NCBI GenBank assembly: GCA_038230075.1
Contig: JBBRNV010000002.1
Coordinates: 62,215 to 126,214 of the forward strand
Direction of reading: 5' to 3'
DNA: 64,000 nt
Source of the DNA: Minisyncoccia bacterium
GTDB lineage: Bacteria > Patescibacteriota > Minisyncoccia > Phycocordibacterales > CALRBL01
This document shows positions 59,505 to 64,000 of the stretch, piece by piece. The notes beneath the pieces were generated by a model that worked only from the letters and a program-made list of their open reading frames with translations, had not been told where the DNA came from and searched no databases. The position numbers were made by a program, and so were the translations under genes. How positions within the stretch are numbered: the first letter of the stretch is position 1; each line of letters opens with the position of its first letter.

Positions 59505-59626
59505 ATGTATACGTTGTTTCAATTCACGGTCAGCGACTGCACTCACATAGATATTTACTTTGGAGTTAGCACCCGCTGACCATGTGTCGACGCAACAAAG
59601 TTAAAACGGCTTCGGCCGTTTTTTCT
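59505..59626 (+). ncRNA. Candidate small RNA 2, complementary to sRNA-1 (contains a 24-codon sORF)
   Basis: TTGTTA-16-TATCAT promoter; GGTCAGCG/CGCTGACC stem; terminator AAAACGGC-TTCG-GCCGTTTT. Confidence 0.6.
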
Positions 59627-59777
59627 TTTTACAGAAAAAGTTTTTCTTGAAATTCTTGATGTTGAAAAGAAAAATATATTTTATATTTTATTTATAATTA
59701 CAAAAAAGTTTTTATATTTTATTTTTTCTCACTCTTTTTAAAAAATAATTAATTTTATTTTCAAAAAAATAAAAAAG

Positions 59778-59786
59778 TTATCCACA
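59778..59786 (+). promoter_or_regulatory. Perfect DnaA box in an AT-rich tract
   Basis: TTATCCACA. Confidence 0.45.
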
Positions 59787-59932
59787 ACTTTCCATTAATT
59801 TCATTGTAATGAAATTTTATTTGTTAGATAATTGTTTTCAGAGTAAGCGCATATATATTTCAAAAAATATTTATTAATAAATACTTTTGAGGTCGGCGCG
59901 CATTACAATTTAAAAATAATTTTTATACTACA

Positions 59933-60010
59933 ATGGCAATGAAGAAAAAGGCAAAGAAAGTAGCTAAGAAGAAAGCAACAAAGAAGAAAGCAAAGAAAGC
60001 AAAACGATAA
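59933..60010 (+). CDS. 25-aa Lys/Ala-rich basic peptide (not in ORF track)
   Basis: MAMKKKAKKVAKKKATKKKAKKAKR; host-typical codons (GCA, AAG, CGA); own terminator. Confidence 0.75.
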   Translation: MAMKKKAKKVAKKKATKKKAKKAKR

Positions 60011-60024
60011 TCGTTTTCCCACTT

Positions 60025-60058
60025 AACAAAGGCCTCCCGAAAGGGAGGTTTTTGTTTT
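60025..60058 (+). terminator. Terminator of the basic peptide gene
   Basis: AACAAAGGCCTCCC-GAAA-GGGAGGTTTTTGTT. Confidence 0.8.
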
Positions 60059-60124
60059 GCCTTAGTTATAGAGCCTGTTGGCTATTGCTACTATTTTTAA
60101 ACGGTGTGATATAGTGTTTTGACT

Positions 60125-62680
60125 ATGTCATTAATCGATTCAATCAAAGGAATATTTTCAGGAAGAGACAAGCAAATTGTCGCCAAATACCGAAAAACTG
60201 CAGCAGTTATTGGTGGTTTTGAATCTGCAATGAAAGCACTTTCAAATGAAGGCTTAAAAGAAAAAACTAAAGAGTTTAAATTACGATTAGAAAAAGAAGA
60301 AACATTAGAGGCTATTTTGCCTGAAGCATTTGCTCTTGTTCGAGAAGCCGCGGTTCGAACACTTAATCAGCGTCACTACGATGTGCAACTTATTGGAGGC
60401 ATGATTATGCATTCATCAGGTATTGCTGAAATGAAAACAGGAGAAGGAAAGACCTTAGTGGCTACACTTCCTGCATATTTAAATGCACTCACTGGAAAAG
60501 GAGTTCACATTGTTACTGTTAATGATTATCTTTCAAGACGAGATGCTGTGTGGATGGGACAGATTTTTTCACTCCTTGGTCTTTCAGTTGGAGTGATTAA
60601 TCACGAAACTTCATTTTTGTACGATCCAACTCAAAAAGAAGATCCTGAAAAAGAAGCAGTCGCTTCATTTAAAGTGGTATATGATTTTCTACGACAGTGT
60701 TCTCGACGAGAAGCGTATGAAGCAGATATTACCTACGGAACAAACAATGAATTCGGTTTCGACTACTTACGAGACAACTTAGCCTACGACAATTCACAAC
60801 TTCGACAACGAGAATTTAATTGCGCCATTATCGACGAAATCGACTCCATCTTGATTGATGAGGCACGAACACCTCTTATTATTTCTCAGGCAGGAAATGA
60901 GTCAGAAAATCTCTATGCAACGTTTGCTGGTATTGCCAAGACAATGCAAGTTGAAACAGACTTCACCGTTGATGAAAAGCGAAAAGCAATTGTTTTGACT
61001 GATGAAGGAATTTCAAAAGCTGAAAAAGCACTTAATGTCGACAATATCTATACAACAGGAGGAATTAAGTACGTGCATCATTTAGAGAATGCTGTTCGAG
61101 CAAAGGCACTTTTCCTTTTAAATAAAGATTACGTTATTAAAGATGGAGAAATTATTATTGTTGATGAATTTACAGGGCGACTTCAAGCAGGAAGACGATG
61201 GTCAGAAGGATTACACCAGTCAATTGAAGCTAAAGAAGGGGTAACTGTACAACGTGAATCTCGAACGGCTGCATCTATTACTTATCAAAACTATTTCAAA
61301 CTGTATAAAAAGTTGTCAGGAATGACAGGAACAGCAAAAACCAGTGAAGAAGAGTTTTATAAGGTGTATGGTCTCGATGTTATTGAAGTGCCAACTAATA
61401 AAAAAATTGCTCGACTCGATAAAAACGATCTTATTTTTCAAACTGAAAAAGGAAAGTTTGTTGCAATCGCAAAAAAGATCAAAGAATTGAACGAAAAAGG
61501 TCAGCCAGTTCTTGTTGGAACGGTTTCTATTGAAAAAAATGAACTACTCTCACTCTACCTAAAGAAAGAGGGGATCGCTCACCAGATGCTTAATGCAAAG
61601 CCTGAATTTGCAGAAAAAGAAGGAGAAATTGTAGCTAATGCCGGAAGAAAAGGAGCGGTTACTATTGCAACAAACATGGCAGGACGAGGAGTTGATATTA
61701 AACTTGGAGGTCCACTCGCTGATATTAAGCTTGCAGACGACGTTAAGGCAGCCGGAGGACTCTTTGTGCTTGGAACAGAACGACATGAAGCACGACGAAT
61801 CGATAACCAGCTTCGAGGAAGATCAGGACGACAGGGAGATCCTGGGGAAACACAATTCTTTGTATCACTCGAAGACGAACTAATGCGAGTGTTTGCGACT
61901 GACACTGTTAAAAATTTGATGGGACGATTTGGTATTCCTGAAGAACAGCCTATTGAAAACTTCATGGTGACACGAGGTCTTGAAAGCGCTCAAACTCGAA
62001 TCGAAGGATTTCACTTTGATGCACGACGACACGTGCTCGATTTTGACAATGTGATGAATGAACAGCGACGATCGGTATATGAACGACGACGACGAATTTT
62101 ACTCGCTGAAGAAGCCTTCCTTAAAGAACAAGAAGTAATGCTTTTAGGTCTTGCAACAGATGAAGAACGAATTGCTATTGAAGGAAAGAAAGAAAAAGTT
62201 GGTCCTGCAGGCTTTCTTAATGTTATTCGAAATGTGCTTCTTCAGACAATCGACCTTTTCTGGATAGATCACTTAGAAATGATGGATCATTTACGATCAA
62301 GTGTGAATTTGCGAGGATACGGTCAGCGAGATCCATTAATTGAATATCGACGAGAAGGATTAATGCTCTATAAACAAATGCAGGCATCTATTGATAACGA
62401 AGCAATTAGAGTACTGCACTCAATGATTGTGGAGGAAGCACAGGCACAGCCGTCATTTTCTGTCACACCTATCAGTGGTCAATTAATTGAATCTCACGAA
62501 GGTGATCAGAAGGTAGGTGGTTCTCAGTCGTCTGCACAATTTTCAGCTGTAACTTCAACACTTGGAAAAGAACTCGGAAGAAATGATAAGGTCATGATGT
62601 CAAAAGGAGGGGAGAAGCGAGAAATGAAGGTAAAAAAAGTTGAAGAAATGTTAAAACAGGGTTGGATTATTGAGAAATAA
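60125..62680 (+). CDS. secA: Preprotein translocase ATPase SecA
   Basis: AEMKTGEGKT, TVNDYL, DEIDSILIDEARTPLIIS, ATNMAGRG, QLRGRSGRQGDPG. Confidence 0.98.
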   Translation: MSLIDSIKGIFSGRDKQIVAKYRKTAAVIGGFESAMKALSNEGLKEKTKEFKLRLEKEETLEAILPEAFALVREAAVRTLNQRHYDVQLIGGMIMHSSGIAEMKTGEGKTLVATLPAYLNALTGKGVHIVTVNDYLSRRDAVWMGQIFSLLGLSVGVINHETSFLYDPTQKEDPEKEAVASFKVVYDFLRQCSRREAYEADITYGTNNEFGFDYLRDNLAYDNSQLRQREFNCAIIDEIDSILIDEARTPLIISQAGNESENLYATFAGIAKTMQVETDFTVDEKRKAIVLTDEGISKAEKALNVDNIYTTGGIKYVHHLENAVRAKALFLLNKDYVIKDGEIIIVDEFTGRLQAGRRWSEGLHQSIEAKEGVTVQRESRTAASITYQNYFKLYKKLSGMTGTAKTSEEEFYKVYGLDVIEVPTNKKIARLDKNDLIFQTEKGKFVAIAKKIKELNEKGQPVLVGTVSIEKNELLSLYLKKEGIAHQMLNAKPEFAEKEGEIVANAGRKGAVTIATNMAGRGVDIKLGGPLADIKLADDVKAAGGLFVLGTERHEARRIDNQLRGRSGRQGDPGETQFFVSLEDELMRVFATDTVKNLMGRFGIPEEQPIENFMVTRGLESAQTRIEGFHFDARRHVLDFDNVMNEQRRSVYERRRRILLAEEAFLKEQEVMLLGLATDEERIAIEGKKEKVGPAGFLNVIRNVLLQTIDLFWIDHLEMMDHLRSSVNLRGYGQRDPLIEYRREGLMLYKQMQASIDNEAIRVLHSMIVEEAQAQPSFSVTPISGQLIESHEGDQKVGGSQSSAQFSAVTSTLGKELGRNDKVMMSKGGEKREMKVKKVEEMLKQGWIIEK

Positions 62681-62704
62681 TGTCTTCTGTATTATGATGT
62701 GGGC

Positions 62705-63514
62705 ATGAATATTCTCCACTCAATAATTTTTGGAATCGTCGAAGGAATTACTGAGTTTCTCCCTATCTCTTCAACTGCTCATCTTATTCTCACAGCGAAG
62801 ATTCTTCACATTGCTGACTCCGATTTCCTTAAAAGTTTCGAAATTATCATTCAATTAGGCTCTATTTTGGCTGCGGTATTGTATTTCGGAAAACGACTCC
62901 TTTCAAATATTGAACTCTTAAAGCGAGCTATTATTGGTTTTATTCCAACAGGAATTATTGGTTTGTTTCTTTATAAATATATTAAAAATGCTTTAGGAAG
63001 TGACGTTCATGTTGCGTGGACGCTTCTTATTGGAGGAATTTTAATTATCATTTTTGAAAAATACTATATTCGAGATGAGGTTGTTCAACCGGTAGCAACA
63101 GAAACAACAGATGGTGTTCAAAAAGTTGACGGTGTCGCTAGTCGAGTGTCACTTCTTCAAGCATTCTATATTGGATGCTTCCAGTGTCTCGCTCTTATTC
63201 CTGGGTTATCTCGATCGGCAGCAACTATTATCGGAGGGGAGTTGATTGGTGTGAAGAAACAAGATGCTGTTGATTTTACTTTCATGCTCGCAATTCCAAC
63301 CATGGCGGCAGCAACATTGTACGATCTATATAAGAACTATCATTTATTTAGTAGCGACCAAATTGGCGTTCTGTCTGTAGGATTTCTCACCTCATTTTTT
63401 GTTGCATATATCGCCATTGCATCATTTCTTCGATACATTAAGAAGAATTCATTTACTGCATTTGGATGGTATCGAGTTGTCGTTGGAATCTTCGCACTTT
63501 TGTTCATTGTATAA
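62705..63514 (+). CDS. uppP: Undecaprenyl-diphosphate phosphatase
   Basis: EGITEFLPISSTAH, IQLGS, PGLSRSAATI; ATG 6 nt after TATGAT. Confidence 0.95.
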   Translation: MNILHSIIFGIVEGITEFLPISSTAHLILTAKILHIADSDFLKSFEIIIQLGSILAAVLYFGKRLLSNIELLKRAIIGFIPTGIIGLFLYKYIKNALGSDVHVAWTLLIGGILIIIFEKYYIRDEVVQPVATETTDGVQKVDGVASRVSLLQAFYIGCFQCLALIPGLSRSAATIIGGELIGVKKQDAVDFTFMLAIPTMAAATLYDLYKNYHLFSSDQIGVLSVGFLTSFFVAYIAIASFLRYIKKNSFTAFGWYRVVVGIFALLFIV

Positions 63515-63553
63515 CTCTCATTTTATATGTGTGCGTGATATAATACACACAGT

Positions 63554-63769
63554 ATGGAACCAACAAATCAACAACTTGGGGAAGAGATTAAAGGAATGCA
63601 GGTAAAGATAGATGCAATTTATATTTCAGTTGAAAAAACACGTCGATATTTTTTAATAGTTACCATTCTTACTGTCGTTGTTACTGTTCTTCCTCTCATT
63701 GGATTAGTCTTCGCGATTCCGAAATTTCTTTCATCATATCAGGGGTACTCATCTCTTTTAGGTCAATAA
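63554..63769 (+). CDS. Small single-TM membrane protein
   Basis: Coiled segment, SVEKTRRYF, TM helix. Confidence 0.7.
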   Translation: MEPTNQQLGEEIKGMQVKIDAIYISVEKTRRYFLIVTILTVVVTVLPLIGLVFAIPKFLSSYQGYSSLLGQ

Positions 63770-63770
63770 T

Positions 63771-64000
63771 ATGTATTTTGGATCCTTCTCAAAACAAAAT
63801 GAAGAAGATCTTCGTGTAACTCTTGGCACCACTTTAAACGGTCTTTCAAAAGTAGATGCACGTAAGCGTTTTCTGATGTATGGTCCAAACGAGCTTAAAG
63901 AAAAGAAAGTTAATGTAATCGCTATTTTTCTTCGACAATTCTCATCAGTGTTCGTTCTTATTTTGTTTGTTGCAGGATTTTTATCACTTCTTGCCGGAGG
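63771..64000 (+). CDS. Cation-transporting P-type ATPase, N-terminus (runs off window)
   Basis: GLSKVDARKRFLMYGPNEL, FLRQF, first TM helix. Confidence 0.8.
   Translation, partial: MYFGSFSKQNEEDLRVTLGTTLNGLSKVDARKRFLMYGPNELKEKKVNVIAIFLRQFSSVFVLILFVAGFLSLLAG

Noticed and set aside
59520-59600. SRP RNA, tmRNA or RNase P identity for RNA2
   Set aside because: Lacks the SRP domain IV motif, tRNA-like ends and the RNase P P4 consensus
59855-59892. Pairing of the sRNA-1 linker with the basic-peptide leader (AUAUUUAUU)
   Set aside because: Only about 9 A/U-rich pairs, expected by chance in this tract
1097-63769. Many 60-220 aa ORFs overlapping or antisense to real genes (e.g. 12260-12925, 10068-10526, 49194-49634)
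   Set aside because: Shadow frames of well-conserved genes, with no motifs or expression signals
1-64000. CRISPR arrays, tRNA/rRNA genes, transposases, integrases, reverse transcriptases, introns/inteins
   Set aside because: None seen; intergenic gaps are short and core genes are uninterrupted and near normal length

Overview
AT-rich bacterial chromosome segment, most likely a Patescibacteria/CPR (Parcubacteria-like) genome. The basis is that rpmD/uL30 is missing between rpsE and rplO, SD motifs are absent and many genes look leaderless. Contents in order: fusA; an insertion (HD hydrolase, membrane-anchored Clp-like ATPase, murF); tuf and the S10-spc cluster through secY-adk-map; two VirD4/HerA-like ATPases; ndk; livHMGF; a beta-CASP nuclease; infC-rpmI-rplT; htrA; a 14.7-kb minus-strand surface-glycan cluster; a divergent O-antigen-ligase/TPR gene; secA; uppP; and the start of a P-type ATPase. 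The most unusual signal is at 59.3-60.06 kb. Two tandem small RNA units, each with a promoter and terminator, are complementary in trans: 29 contiguous nt of the second match three separate, permuted segments of the first. They are followed by an AT-rich tract with a DnaA box and an unannotated 25-aa Lys-rich peptide gene. Other highlights are a compact 6S-like RNA candidate after ndk and a complete polyprenyl-phospho-pentofuranose glycosylation module whose phosphatase is fused to a Wzx flippase. No rRNA, tRNA, CRISPR array or transposase was seen. All calls come from reading motifs by eye; no database searches were run.
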